Assembly: GCA_964558505.1 (NCBI GenBank)
Contig: CAZLEI010000004.1
Span: 9,367 to 73,366 of the forward strand
DNA: 64,000 nucleotides
DNA from: an uncultured Methanomassiliicoccales archaeon
GTDB lineage: Archaea > Thermoplasmatota > Thermoplasmata > Methanomassiliicoccales > Methanomethylophilaceae
Reading direction: 5' to 3'
Position numbers and translations under genes: made by a program. Below are positions 41,839-51,965 of this stretch, in pieces (positions within the stretch are counted from its first letter, which is position 1; the number at the start of each line of letters is the position of its first letter). Under the pieces are notes generated by a model, which was given only the letters and a program-made list of their open reading frames with translations, ran no database searches and was not told where the DNA came from.

Positions 41839-43699
41839 GGATTACGAGATGATGTGCGGGATCGAGATCCACCAGCAGCTGGACACCCAGAAGCTGTTCT
41901 GCTCCTGCGACAGCCACCTCTGCGAGGATGGCCAGGGAGCGTACTTCAGGAAGCTCAGGCCGACCACCAGCGAGATGGGGGAGGTGGACCGCGCCGCGTT
42001 GGCACAGTTCCAGAGGGGCTTCGGATACCGTTACCAATGCTGCAAGGAGACGAGCTGCCTCGTGGAACTCGACGAGGAGCCGCCCCACGAGGTGAACGCG
42101 AAAGCCATGGCGACGGTCCTCACCTTCTCGGCGATGATGGACGCCCGCGTTGTGGATGAAGTGCATTTCATGAGGAAGATCGTGGTCGACGGGTCCAACA
42201 CATCCGGGTTCCAGAGGACTGCTCTCATAGCCACGGATGGTTCCGTGGAGGTCAACGGCCGGAACATATCCATACTGTCGGTGTGCCTCGAAGAGGATGC
42301 GGCCCGCAAGATCGAGACCACCGCCGGGGAGATCACGTACAGGTTGGACAGGCTGGGGATCCCGCTGATCGAGATCGCCACCGGACCGGATATGAGGACG
42401 CCCGAGGAGGTGATGGAGGTCGCTCTGAGGATCGGCACCCTTCTCAGGGCGACCAAGAAGGTCAAGCGCGGCATCGGGACGATCCGCGAAGACCTCAACA
42501 TCTCGATCCCGGGCGGCGCACGCATCGAGATCAAGGGCGTGCAGGAGCTCAGGCTCCTCCCCCTCTATGTTGAGAACGAGGTCAACAGGCAGAGGATGCT
42601 CCTGAGGATCAAAGGGATCCTGGAGGAGCGCGGCACCGCCCAGGTGCCGATGGACGTGGAGGACGTCACGGACGTGTTCAAAGAGTGCCAATCCAAGATC
42701 ATCCAGGGTGCTTTCGCCGAGAAGGGGAAGGTCATGGCCGTCAGGTTGCCCGGGTTCGCCGGTCTCATGAACGGCGATTCCGGCAAACTCAGGCTGGGGG
42801 CCGAGATGGCCCAGAGGGCCCGCACCAAAGGCGTCAAGGGCATATTCCATTCTGACGAGCTTCCCAATTACGGCATAGACCAATGCTTCGTGGATGCGCT
42901 GAGGGCCAGGCTCGGGATGACCGGCCCCCTCGATGCATTCGTCATTTGCGCAGCCAAGGAGAAGAAGGCCGTCGATGCCCTGCAGATGGCGGTCGACAGG
43001 GCGAACGAGGCCATGTCCGGCGTTCCGGAGGAGACCAGGGACCCCCTGCCGGACGGTACGACGAAGTACTCCCGTCCTCTCCCCGGAGCGGCCAGGATGT
43101 ACCCCGAGACGGATGTCCCGCCCACGACGATCACCAGGGAGAGGATGGCCGATGTCAAGGCGAACCTCCCCGAGTTCCCGGAGCAGATAGAGAACAGGCT
43201 GGTGGACCAGTACGGCATAAACTCCCAGCAGGCCCATCAGATCGTCAGGCAGAGCAACGACGAGCTGTTCGAGATCCTCGCAAAGGAATACGATATGGCC
43301 TCGGTGGCTGCGACCATGTTCACCAACACATTCAGCGAATTGGAGCGCGACGGCGTGGACCATCATGTGTTCACGGATGCGATGATGACCGAGGTGTTCG
43401 GGCTCCTGAAGCAGGGCAGGTTCGCCAAGGAGGCATTGCCCGCGATACTGAAGGAGATGTCCTCCGGCACAGGGTGCGAGAAGGCGATAGAGAAGCTCGG
43501 CCTGGGTGCAGTGGACGACGGCGAGGCCGTGAAGATAATCGCGGGCATCGTCGATCAGCGTGCGGACTTCATACGCGAGAAGGGCATGGCCGCGGTCGGT
43601 CCTTTGATGGGCCCGGTCATGGGAGCGCTCAGGGGAAAGGTCGACGGCAAGAAGGCCAGCGACCTCCTGGAGAAGGAGATCAAGCGCGTCTTGGGATGA
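41831..43699 (+). CDS. gatE: glutamyl-tRNA(Gln) amidotransferase subunit E
   Basis: MMCGIEIHQQLDT…CSCDSHL… GatB/E-family N-terminus; ATG 41831 overlaps gatD by 8 nt. C-terminal YqeY/GatB tail. Confidence 0.9.
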   Translation: MSEDYEMMCGIEIHQQLDTQKLFCSCDSHLCEDGQGAYFRKLRPTTSEMGEVDRAALAQFQRGFGYRYQCCKETSCLVELDEEPPHEVNAKAMATVLTFSAMMDARVVDEVHFMRKIVVDGSNTSGFQRTALIATDGSVEVNGRNISILSVCLEEDAARKIETTAGEITYRLDRLGIPLIEIATGPDMRTPEEVMEVALRIGTLLRATKKVKRGIGTIREDLNISIPGGARIEIKGVQELRLLPLYVENEVNRQRMLLRIKGILEERGTAQVPMDVEDVTDVFKECQSKIIQGAFAEKGKVMAVRLPGFAGLMNGDSGKLRLGAEMAQRARTKGVKGIFHSDELPNYGIDQCFVDALRARLGMTGPLDAFVICAAKEKKAVDALQMAVDRANEAMSGVPEETRDPLPDGTTKYSRPLPGAARMYPETDVPPTTITRERMADVKANLPEFPEQIENRLVDQYGINSQQAHQIVRQSNDELFEILAKEYDMASVAATMFTNTFSELERDGVDHHVFTDAMMTEVFGLLKQGRFAKEALPAILKEMSSGTGCEKAIEKLGLGAVDDGEAVKIIAGIVDQRADFIREKGMAAVGPLMGPVMGALRGKVDGKKASDLLEKEIKRVLG

Positions 43700-44279
43700 T
43701 CTCGAGCACGCTGAGCCTCTCGAAGAACAAGGGAAGCTCCCCGAGCACCTTGACGGAGTGAGGCGACAGGAGGGATGCCAGGGCATCCTGGTCCATCAGC
43801 GACGAGACCACGACGACCACACGGCCGTCCGGATTCAGATGGGAGGGTGCCCCTTCGAGCAGGCGGGGCAGCGGGCCCAGGCCGTCCGGTCCACCGGACC
43901 ACGCGCGTGCGAGCCCCTCGCCCTCGTCCACAGGGAGGTACGGTAGGTTGAACACCACGGTGTCGAAGCATCCTCCGACCCCGTCGTACACATCCGACAG
44001 GCCGACGTCCAGATCGAGGCAGTTCCTAGCGGCGTTCTCCATCGTGCAGTCCACGGCATCCGGGTTCACATCCACCGCCGTGACCTCCGCGCCGTTCTTG
44101 GCGCAGTGGAGGGACACCACGCCGGATCCGCATCCCACCTCTAGAACCTTCTCACCTTCGGAGATCGCCAAGGATTCGATGAGCAGGATGCTGTCGTCCG
44201 ATGGAGGGTACACCTCGGCTGTCGTGCGGATGTCGATTCCGGTATCGTATTCCATGGGGCTCGATTGCTCAGCAACCAT
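43680..44279 (-). CDS. class I SAM-dependent methyltransferase, HemK/Mtq2-like (probable release-factor glutamine N5-methyltransferase)
   Basis: SAM motif I (VLEVGCGSGVVS) and NPPY-type catalytic motif (FNLPYLP) in a ~200-aa protein. Confidence 0.75.
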   Translation of the reverse strand: MVAEQSSPMEYDTGIDIRTTAEVYPPSDDSILLIESLAISEGEKVLEVGCGSGVVSLHCAKNGAEVTAVDVNPDAVDCTMENAARNCLDLDVGLSDVYDGVGGCFDTVVFNLPYLPVDEGEGLARAWSGGPDGLGPLPRLLEGAPSHLNPDGRVVVVVSSLMDQDALASLLSPHSVKVLGELPLFFERLSVLEIIPRRA

Positions 44280-44322
44280 AAAACGATGATGATTTCATCT
44301 ATCAGTTGGGAGATATGCATCC

Positions 44323-44898
44323 ATGATCACATTGGACGTACTGACGTTCGGGAACCTTGTCCGCGGGGAAGACGGGAAGATCACCGAGGCAAATTCCACA
44401 GCGACCCTCATAAGGGCAGACGGCCGTCTCATCGTGGTGGACACGAGCACGCCGTACATGCGTCCGGCGATAAAGACCGCGTTCAAGCAGATAGGCGTGT
44501 TCCCCAAGGATGTGGACACCGTTGTCCTGACCCACTCGCATTCCGACCATATCGGCAATCTCGACATGTTCCAGAATGCAAAGGTCCTGATACGCGCAGA
44601 GGAGGCCGGGAACATAGAGGGTGCTGAGGCGGTGTCCTCGGACATGACGATCGCGAAAGGCGTCCGCCTGGTCCACACTCCGGGTCATACCAAGGGCTCC
44701 ATGAGCGTGTTCGCCGACGGGGACCTGAAGTACGCAGTCGTGGGCGACGCGATCCCATTGAAGGACAATGTGAAGAAGATGGTGCCGCCCGGCGTCAATC
44801 ACGATGCCGATCTCGCCATGAAAAGTATTAAGACCATAATCGAATACGCAGACATGGTCATTCCCGGGCACGATTCCCCTTTCATGACCAGGATGTGA
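44323..44898 (+). CDS. MBL-fold metallo-hydrolase
   Basis: THSHSDHIGN (HxHxDH) plus downstream His (HTPGHT) and Asp/His ligands. Confidence 0.8.
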   Translation: MITLDVLTFGNLVRGEDGKITEANSTATLIRADGRLIVVDTSTPYMRPAIKTAFKQIGVFPKDVDTVVLTHSHSDHIGNLDMFQNAKVLIRAEEAGNIEGAEAVSSDMTIAKGVRLVHTPGHTKGSMSVFADGDLKYAVVGDAIPLKDNVKKMVPPGVNHDADLAMKSIKTIIEYADMVIPGHDSPFMTRM

Positions 44899-44902
44899 CG
44901 AT

Positions 44903-45571
44903 ATGAGAGAGGTTCCTGAAATCATTTACTACGAGTGTCCTGACTGCGACGATTACACCAATCACGATGTCCTCAAAGGGCAGATGGGAAGGGCCACCCT
45001 CATGGGCACGTTCCGGTGCGAGGAGTGCGGACGTGTTTTCTCCGCCACCATACCCATGCCGGAGCTTCTGACGGTCAAGGTCATCGTCAGCATGGGCACA
45101 GAGACCGAGGTCTCCTCCACGGAGATAGAGAGCAACGATATCCTGGCCGTCGATGACGAGTTCTTCCTCGATGACGGGCGCAGGGTCAGGATCACCGCCC
45201 TCGAGATCGCAGAGGGCAGACACGTCAAGAAGTCCAAATCCGAGCTGATAAAGGTCATCTGGGTCAAGCAGTACGACGTACTGAGCATCAAGGTGTCCGT
45301 CAACGATAACCGCAAGACGTACTCGGTACGCATCGAGGCGGAACCGGATGACGATTTCGAGGTCGGGCAGACGTTGCAGTTCGAGAACTTCGACTGCCTG
45401 ATACACGCCATAAAGGCACAGTACCGCCTGGTCAGGAGAGGGTCCGTCGAGGCGAGGGACATCGTCAGGGTGTACGGAAAGATAAGGCGCAAGACCTACG
45501 AGGTCCTCGATCTCGAAGAAGACGATGAAGACGACTTCATCGACGGGGATGCGGGAATAATCGACGAATGA
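44903..45571 (+). CDS. hypothetical protein with N-terminal Cys4 zinc ribbon and acidic C-terminal tail
   Basis: CPDCDD…CEECGR ribbon, then two beta-rich segments and a …EEDDEDDFIDGDAGIIDE tail. No family recognised. Confidence 0.55.
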   Translation: MREVPEIIYYECPDCDDYTNHDVLKGQMGRATLMGTFRCEECGRVFSATIPMPELLTVKVIVSMGTETEVSSTEIESNDILAVDDEFFLDDGRRVRITALEIAEGRHVKKSKSELIKVIWVKQYDVLSIKVSVNDNRKTYSVRIEAEPDDDFEVGQTLQFENFDCLIHAIKAQYRLVRRGSVEARDIVRVYGKIRRKTYEVLDLEEDDEDDFIDGDAGIIDE

Positions 45572-45572
45572 A

Positions 45573-46235
45573 TCATTCGTCGAGTATGAATTCCAGCACG
45601 TCGGAGATGTTCTGGCTGCGGACCACGTGGTCCGCGGCCTCCTCCGTCCATTGATCGGTAGGGTTGAATGCTATCGACATGCCGCTGTTCTCGAACATGG
45701 ATATGTCCGTGTAGGAGTTGCCGATCGAGACAGTGCGCTCCTTGGTGGTCCCCATCTTCTCGATGTACTCGCGCACTGTGCGTCCTTTGTCCCGGAGGTC
45801 GACATACAGTATGCCCTCTCCGGTGAGACGTCCGTCAGGGTGGGCCTCCAGGCCGTCTGCGGCATAATCGTCGAATCCGAACTCCTCGGCCAGCATCTTG
45901 GCGGCCAGGTCGATCCCGCCGCTGACGATCACCGAGGCGATCCCGTTGTACCTCAGGGATTCGACAGTCTCCTGGATCCCGCCTATCAGGGGCATGTCCT
46001 TGAACGTCCTGGCTATCTCGTCGACGGTTATGTCCTTCTTCACATTCAGCCAAAGGCCGATGTCCCTGCGCATGAATTCCATCTCGTCGATCTCGCCGTT
46101 GACGTACGCATGATAGGCGTTCTCGTTGTCCACGCCGAAATGCTGATGCACCCAGCACCATGAGCTCCTGAGCTCGGTCAGGGTGCCATCCATGTCGAAT
46201 ACGATGAGGTCGAATCTTCTTCCCAAGGCCATCAT
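45573..46235 (-). CDS. HAD-superfamily hydrolase, phosphoserine-phosphatase (SerB)-like
   Basis: HAD motif I (FDMDGTLT) and subsequent K and D(D) motifs. The ORF-track 453-aa version adds an Arg-rich out-of-frame N-terminus overlapping the permease gene and is truncated. Confidence 0.8.
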   Translation of the reverse strand: MMALGRRFDLIVFDMDGTLTELRSSWCWVHQHFGVDNENAYHAYVNGEIDEMEFMRRDIGLWLNVKKDITVDEIARTFKDMPLIGGIQETVESLRYNGIASVIVSGGIDLAAKMLAEEFGFDDYAADGLEAHPDGRLTGEGILYVDLRDKGRTVREYIEKMGTTKERTVSIGNSYTDISMFENSGMSIAFNPTDQWTEEAADHVVRSQNISDVLEFILDE

Positions 46236-47119
46236 CTTCCGTATCTTATCCTGCGGGTGTTCCTTACCCGGATGAACACGAATATCGTCAACACAGCTAC
46301 AAACAAGACCGTTATCGCCACGATCCCTCCGTTGTTGAAGAATTCGGTGCCGAAGGTATCGAACGATATCGAGAGGTCGACGCCGAAGTCGATACGGAAT
46401 CTTTCCATCCCCTCTCCGTAGATCTCTTCGGACATCATCATCCTCCGGAGGAATGCCACAGGGTAGCTGGAACCGCAGATCTTCACCAGGGCTCCGAAGA
46501 TCCCGAGCGTTCCGATCGGGACTGCCACGCCCGTGATGAATCCGATGACGACGTTCATGGCCACATTGATCGATGTGAACGTGGTGTACTTGTGAACGAA
46601 GGTGACGATCATGAACATGAACTCTGAGTTGAGGATCGTCGACAGCGCGATCATCCCGATGCAAAGGGGCAGGTTCTTTATGGCCGGCATCGCGGCAACG
46701 CCGTTGGTGGACAGTGCGAAGAGCAGGGCGACGGCGGCGGCGAACACGATCAGTGAGATGACCATGCCCATGACGAACGCGGCCGTGACGTACGACATCG
46801 CCAGCTTGTAGGTGGAGACGGGTGCGATCAGGAAGTCCTTCATGACATTGTTGCTCTTGTCCCTGGACACGTTGCCGAGGACGCCCATGGGGACGATCAT
46901 GGTGGTTATCGCCACCAGGCCGGCGGCGAGCCATTGGTACACGTACAGGGTGACATCCTTGCCCGGGAGAAGCTCTTTGTACGTCCCGATGATGCTGTCG
47001 CCGATCAGTAGGAAGACGGCGATGACGATGATCAGACCCAGCAATGAGAACATCACGGTGTTCGTGCTTCTTATGTAGACGTAGATGTTCCTCTTGACGA
47101 GGGATATGAACGGGCTCAT
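46232..47119 (-). CDS. ABC-2 type transporter permease
   Basis: 295 aa with about 6 TM segments; a 4-nt overlap places it directly downstream of an ABC ATPase gene. Confidence 0.75.
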   Translation of the reverse strand: MSPFISLVKRNIYVYIRSTNTVMFSLLGLIIVIAVFLLIGDSIIGTYKELLPGKDVTLYVYQWLAAGLVAITTMIVPMGVLGNVSRDKSNNVMKDFLIAPVSTYKLAMSYVTAAFVMGMVISLIVFAAAVALLFALSTNGVAAMPAIKNLPLCIGMIALSTILNSEFMFMIVTFVHKYTTFTSINVAMNVVIGFITGVAVPIGTLGIFGALVKICGSSYPVAFLRRMMMSEEIYGEGMERFRIDFGVDLSISFDTFGTEFFNNGGIVAITVLFVAVLTIFVFIRVRNTRRIRYGR

Positions 47120-48039
47120 CTGGATCCGCCCTTTTGTGAGATGGCCTCTACGAAAGCCTCTTCCAGGGATCCGTTGACAACCTCGAATTCATTGAGATAG
47201 GACTCGTATTTCTGCACGATGGGGATGGCCTCCATCGTATTGCCGATCATTATTGTGATCGTGGTACGGGTAGCATGATACTTCACACCGTCCCCGTCGA
47301 GACGTCCTTTCAGCTCGTCGATGTCCTTGGGTATGAATATGACCCTGTCGGAAGAGTATTTGTTCCTGAGATCGACAGGCGTCCCCTTGTCGACGATCCT
47401 TCCGTGGTCCATGATGATTATCTCATTGCATCTCGCAGCTTCGGCGACGACGGATGTGCATATTATCATCGTGTATCTCCTCTCGGTTCTGAGTTTGCTG
47501 ACGATATCCCAGATGCTCATCCTGATGCCGGGGTCCACATTGAGGGTGGGCTCGTCCATGATGAGTATCTTCGGAGATCCGATTATTGCTCTGGCTATAT
47601 CTGCCTTCTTCTTGCTCTCGATGCTCAGGTTGCCGTACCTCTCATCCAACAGGCTGCTTATCCCCAGGTTGTAGGCCGCATCCTCTGCGACATCCTCCAC
47701 ATCCTCCAGATTGCGCGGGTACAGGCACCCGCGGATCTCCAGGTTCTCTCTAACGGTCATCATCGGATCCAACATGGGGTGTGCGAAAACGCAGCCGATC
47801 CTTTTGCGCACACTGTCGTCATCGTATTCGGTGCCCACATCGAAACCGTCGATGGTAACCTTCCCGGCCGTGATGTCGGATATGGTGAGGAGTATCCTGA
47901 GCAAAGAGGTCTTGCCGGACCCATTGCTGCCCAGTATTGCAACCGTGGTCCCCTCCTCGATCTCGAAATCTATCCCGTCTAGAGCGACTGTTTCCTTGTA
48001 CCTCTTGACGAGGTTCCTGACCTTGATGATAGATGCCAG
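47116..48039 (-). CDS. ABC transporter ATP-binding protein (start codon non-canonical or unresolved)
   Basis: Q-loop, LSGG-like signature and Walker B (ILIMDEP) lie in the ORF-track segment 47116-47904. Walker A (ILGSNGSGKTSLL) and the usual IIKVRNLVKRYKETV N-terminus are encoded upstream of the track's TTG, in the same frame. That frame has no ATG, GTG or TTG between the stop at 48052 and the Walker A; only CTG and ATC codons are available. Confidence 0.7.
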   Translation of the reverse strand: MASIIKVRNLVKRYKETVALDGIDFEIEEGTTVAILGSNGSGKTSLLRILLTISDITAGKVTIDGFDVGTEYDDDSVRKRIGCVFAHPMLDPMMTVRENLEIRGCLYPRNLEDVEDVAEDAAYNLGISSLLDERYGNLSIESKKKADIARAIIGSPKILIMDEPTLNVDPGIRMSIWDIVSKLRTERRYTMIICTSVVAEAARCNEIIIMDHGRIVDKGTPVDLRNKYSSDRVIFIPKDIDELKGRLDGDGVKYHATRTTITIMIGNTMEAIPIVQKYESYLNEFEVVNGSLEEAFVEAISQKGGSR

Positions 48040-48170
48040 TAGACCACCCAGTTATCGATGTGCAATGGGCGTAGAACGATATTAAATTGCTGGCTGTGCT
48101 TCGGCGATGCATCCGATGGTGTTGCCCGGGCTCGACAAAAACCTTATTGTCGAGTCACATACGGTGACTG

Positions 48171-48884
48171 ATGATAACCATAATCGGGACAGGCCACATA
48201 TTCCGCATAGCCGAGCATGTCTCGTTCATCATCAAGCACCTGTGGCCGGACGCGGTGCTGGTCGAGTTGGATGTCACCCGGTACAACGCGATGACGGGAA
48301 AGCCCGTCGACGGGACCGCGGAGAGGAAGAAGGCCCCGTGGATCTACCGCAGCACGGCGAAGTACCAGTCCAAGATGGCCAGCAAATACAAGGCCGATGT
48401 CGGAGGAGAGCTGTTGGCGGCCGTGAACACAGGGAAGCTGGTGGGCGCGGAGATAATACTGATAGACTCTGATGCCGAGAATGCGATGGCCGATGCCTGG
48501 AACGAGATGCCGTTCGGCGAGCGTGCGAGGTACACGATGTCGATGTTCCGCGACAGGATCGGGGGGCGCAGGAACGTGGAGAGGACGCAATCCGATTACT
48601 CTGACAACGAGGCCGTATACCTGGAATCCCTGAGGTCGAGATACCCGGTCCTCATGCGTAACCTCATCGACGACAGGGATGAGCACATGTACGGGCAGAT
48701 CGCCGAGGCATCGAAGACCCATGACAATATGGTCGTGGTCGTCGGCGACGCCCATGTGGAAGGGATCGTGTCGAGGATAGGCGATAGCGACACGGTCATG
48801 AAGATCAGGCTCAAGGATCTCCTGGACACCGACAGGCTCGGCGAGATCAAATCCAAGATATGGAACGGAGAGGACAATCAATGA
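48171..48884 (+). CDS. TraB/GumN-family protein
   Basis: MITIIGTGHIF…VLVELD… N-terminus with a conserved His/Glu pattern typical of TraB-family (pheromone-shutdown-like) proteins. Confidence 0.8.
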   Translation: MITIIGTGHIFRIAEHVSFIIKHLWPDAVLVELDVTRYNAMTGKPVDGTAERKKAPWIYRSTAKYQSKMASKYKADVGGELLAAVNTGKLVGAEIILIDSDAENAMADAWNEMPFGERARYTMSMFRDRIGGRRNVERTQSDYSDNEAVYLESLRSRYPVLMRNLIDDRDEHMYGQIAEASKTHDNMVVVVGDAHVEGIVSRIGDSDTVMKIRLKDLLDTDRLGEIKSKIWNGEDNQ

Positions 48885-49546
48885 AGATCGAGCTTTTGGC
48901 ATACACGCACGATGCGGACAAGATCTGCGCGGCGGCGGGCAAGTCCTGTTATTCGGACAGATCCTCTGCGGATTTGGTGGGGGATGAGGATCCGGAGAAG
49001 GTGCTGGGCAGGATCGTTGGCATGGGGCATCATTCAGTAGTGGAGCACGCATCCTTCACATTCTCGGTGGAAGGCGTGTCCAGGGCGCTGACGCATCAAT
49101 TGGTGAGGCACAGGATCGCCTCGTTCTCCCAACAGAGCCAGAGGTATGTATCATTGGACTCCCCGACTTACGTAGTCCCGGAGACCGTGGCGGCCGATCC
49201 GGAATTGAACGCCCTTTACGAGGAGACCATGGACACCATATGGGAGGCATACCGCAGATTGGGGGAGAAGGTGCCGGCGGAAGACGCCCGTTACGTGCTC
49301 CCCAACGGATGCACGACCAACATAACGGTGACCATGAACGCCCGGGAGCTCCTCCATTTCTTCTCTCTGAGGTGCTGCAACCGCGCACAATGGGAGATCC
49401 GTCAGATGGCGGATGTCATGCTGATCCTGTGCAAAGAGGTCTCTCCGACCATATTCATGGGCGCGGGACCCCCCTGTGTAAGGGATAAATGCCTCGAAGG
49501 CAAGAAGAGTTGCGGCCATCCGCGCTCAGACCTAAAAAAGGTTTAA
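48881..49546 (+). CDS. thyX: FAD-dependent thymidylate synthase ThyX
   Basis: ThyX motif RHRIASFSQQSQRY (RHRxxxxxxxSxR). Start MKIELLAYT… overlaps the traB stop (ATGA). Confidence 0.9.
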   Translation: MKIELLAYTHDADKICAAAGKSCYSDRSSADLVGDEDPEKVLGRIVGMGHHSVVEHASFTFSVEGVSRALTHQLVRHRIASFSQQSQRYVSLDSPTYVVPETVAADPELNALYEETMDTIWEAYRRLGEKVPAEDARYVLPNGCTTNITVTMNARELLHFFSLRCCNRAQWEIRQMADVMLILCKEVSPTIFMGAGPPCVRDKCLEGKKSCGHPRSDLKKV

Positions 49547-49550
49547 ATAA
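49543..49550 (+). promoter_or_regulatory. TATA box (TTTAAATA) with purine-rich BRE-like AAAAAGG upstream, 35 nt before the rps17e ATG
   Basis: Near-consensus archaeal TATA at the expected spacing; it overlaps the thyX stop codon. Confidence 0.4.
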
Positions 49551-49584
49551 TGATAGCCTTAATGCGGGTTACTCGGTGAACGAT

Positions 49585-49776
49585 ATGGGAAGAATCAGAC
49601 CCACCTACATCAAGAGAGTCGCTATCGAACTTGTCAACAAGTACCCGCAGGCCTTCAGCAAGGACTTCGAGAACAACAAGGAGATGGTCAGCTCCCTTAC
49701 GGACGTTTCCTCGGTAAAGATGAGGAACAGGATCGCAGGGTACATAACCCGCTACCTGTCCCACCCTGAGGTATAA
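49585..49776 (+). CDS. rps17e: 30S ribosomal protein S17e
   Basis: MGRIRPTYIKRVAIELVNKYPQAFSKDFENNK… is the canonical S17e N-terminus. The ORF-track start at 49489 is in-frame upstream but is not supported by the promoter position. Confidence 0.88.
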   Translation: MGRIRPTYIKRVAIELVNKYPQAFSKDFENNKEMVSSLTDVSSVKMRNRIAGYITRYLSHPEV

Positions 49777-49817
49777 ACACCATTACCAAACTTCGGTTAG
49801 GGAAAGCTCCGCACATT

Positions 49818-49894
49818 GCCCGCGTGGGGTAGCTTGGATATCCTGTGAGATTGCGGATCTCTTGACTCGGATTCGAATTCCGACGCGGGCGCCA
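49818..49894 (+). tRNA. tRNA-Arg (GCG), CCA encoded
   Basis: Acceptor GCCCGCG/CGCGGGC, T-arm UCGGA-UUCGAAU-UCCGA, anticodon loop UUGCGGA (stem 4 bp plus a mismatch), discriminator G, then CCA. Confidence 0.8.
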
Positions 49895-49925
49895 TTTTCA
49901 TCAGAATCAGCGATCTTTAGGAAGT

Positions 49926-51869
49926 TCATTCATCATCTTCCTCGATCTCGGCAGGCCAGACCTTGCTGACGATCTCCACATCCCCCGGCGGCAGTATCCT
50001 GGATACCTCTTCCTCGGGGACGTTCAGTTCTTTGGCGATCTCGTTGGCCTTGCGGCCGCTCTTTCCGCGGCCGGGCCTGATCACGAAGTACTTCTCAGAG
50101 AGGTTCTGCACGGCATCCAAGGGGCCGCACATGACCTTCCTGGTGCCCTGATAGGTTATCTCGCCCACTGCCAGTTCGATGGGCAGGTGGTACTCGTAGT
50201 TCCTCTTGCCGCGGATGATGAATGCTCCGCGGGGAACGAATTCTCCCGCCTGCGGGGTCTTGCTTACCTGGTCGGGGTAGACCCAGAATGCGGTGCCCTC
50301 CACCATGGCAGCCACCCACGCCTTGGATTGCGTGATGGCGAAGGCGCATGCCTGACGGAAGTCCGCGGGCGTGGCATCCTTCGATCCCTTCAGTACCACG
50401 GACGGTGCTCCGTGCACGTCGGCGTGCGCGTAGACGTCATCCTCTTTCAGCTGCTTCTTGACGAGGTTGTCGTTGGTGTGGGCATCCCTTCCCGCCATCA
50501 CGAGCTTCCCGGACGTGGTGATGAACCATTTGTTCTTCTCGAACCAGAACTGCTTCGTAGGCTGGACCTTGGTCTTGGCGATCGCCTTGGAGCGGTCCGC
50601 ATCCTTCTGCATCTTGGCCATCTCCTCTTTGCTGGAGTTCAGGGCATCCTCCGCCCTCTTCGCCTTCTCCGTCAGGTCCTTGCTCTCCTGGTATATGTCG
50701 GAGGCATTGGCATCGATCCCCTTGGTGTAATCCAGGGTCACGTTCAGGTCGCAGAACACGCCGGTGACCTTGTTCTTGGACGGGTCTATGGCCGATACAT
50801 AGGGGATCCTCATCGCTCCCTCGGACAGCTTGTCCCAGCTGAGCTTCGTGCTCTGCTGTTGAAGTACGGTGAGGAGTTCGTTGACCTTGGCGTAATCGGC
50901 ATAGATGGTGTCCGCACGCCTGCGGAGGTCCTCGGCCTCGAGGCGGTATTCCTCGATGGTCTCGGACTGCATGTCTATCCTCTTCTGCAGTTTGGCGATG
51001 ACGGGGTTGACATAGGCCTCCTCTTCTTCGTCAGCTATGGAATCCAGGTATTTCGACAGGGCATCCGACATGGTGTCGCAGGGCACTTTGCTAAGGCCGT
51101 CGTATGCAACGAGGTCGACGGGCGCCGCGTCCACGATGGTATCGCCGTCGGCGAACACCATGGGCACCGGATTCTCCAGCATGGTGCTGACGAGTTCGTT
51201 CACCGCCGAGTGCATCTTCGCCACAGTGGCGTCGTCTATGTCCGCAGTGGCGGCGTTCTTGTCCACCCCGCAGCGCCTGCACACTTCCTCGGCGTACTGT
51301 CCGCCGAGGTTCACGGCGGTCGCCAGGGTCCTGACGGTATCCGTGCCGGATGACCTGAACGCGGCCGCGAACTCCTCCTCTGTGGACTGCGTGGGATCGA
51401 ACCTGGGCTTCGCCATGTGGTATTCTTCGCCGGGACGGACCACACGGTCCCTCCAGGTCTTGTGTATGAGGCAGTTCATGATCTTCCCTTCGGAGATCAG
51501 CAGGACGTTCCCGCCGCCGAACAGCTCGAACACCAGGGTGTATTCCCCGTCGGATTTGGTGAGCTCCATGACCACGGTCCTGTCGAATCCGATCTGGTAC
51601 GTCTTACCGACCCTGGCGTTGTCTATGTACTTCCTCAGGTAGGTGGCGAACGACAGCGGCAGCGCCGGCGATTCCGGTTTGCTGTCCGGCATGTACAGCC
51701 ATTTCTTGTCCTTCAGGAACAGCTCCTTCTTGCCCTGTCCCTGGACATTGATCCTGAACAGGACATTGCCCGCTCCCCACTGGAACACCTTGTCCATATG
51801 GGCACCCTCGAGGGCGGCCATTTCTGTGACAACGGAGCGGACGTCGAAAGAGCTCATTTCCTTCTTCAT
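49926..51869 (-). CDS. NFACT-family protein (Rqc2/NEMF/FbpA homolog; ribosome quality control)
   Basis: NFACT-N and NFACT-R regions with a central coiled coil and a C-terminal NFACT-C segment (…FIIRGKRNYEY…). Start taken at MKKEMSSFDVR… (M12). Confidence 0.85.
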   Translation of the reverse strand: MKKEMSSFDVRSVVTEMAALEGAHMDKVFQWGAGNVLFRINVQGQGKKELFLKDKKWLYMPDSKPESPALPLSFATYLRKYIDNARVGKTYQIGFDRTVVMELTKSDGEYTLVFELFGGGNVLLISEGKIMNCLIHKTWRDRVVRPGEEYHMAKPRFDPTQSTEEEFAAAFRSSGTDTVRTLATAVNLGGQYAEEVCRRCGVDKNAATADIDDATVAKMHSAVNELVSTMLENPVPMVFADGDTIVDAAPVDLVAYDGLSKVPCDTMSDALSKYLDSIADEEEEAYVNPVIAKLQKRIDMQSETIEEYRLEAEDLRRRADTIYADYAKVNELLTVLQQQSTKLSWDKLSEGAMRIPYVSAIDPSKNKVTGVFCDLNVTLDYTKGIDANASDIYQESKDLTEKAKRAEDALNSSKEEMAKMQKDADRSKAIAKTKVQPTKQFWFEKNKWFITTSGKLVMAGRDAHTNDNLVKKQLKEDDVYAHADVHGAPSVVLKGSKDATPADFRQACAFAITQSKAWVAAMVEGTAFWVYPDQVSKTPQAGEFVPRGAFIIRGKRNYEYHLPIELAVGEITYQGTRKVMCGPLDAVQNLSEKYFVIRPGRGKSGRKANEIAKELNVPEEEVSRILPPGDVEIVSKVWPAEIEEDDE

Positions 51870-51965
51870 GCGCGGGTATAGGCGGGACGGTTTGATAAAC
51901 ATTGACTTCCGAATCGATCAGTGTCAGAAAGGTTTATCAATGAAGGCCATGTTAGACCCTTCAAC

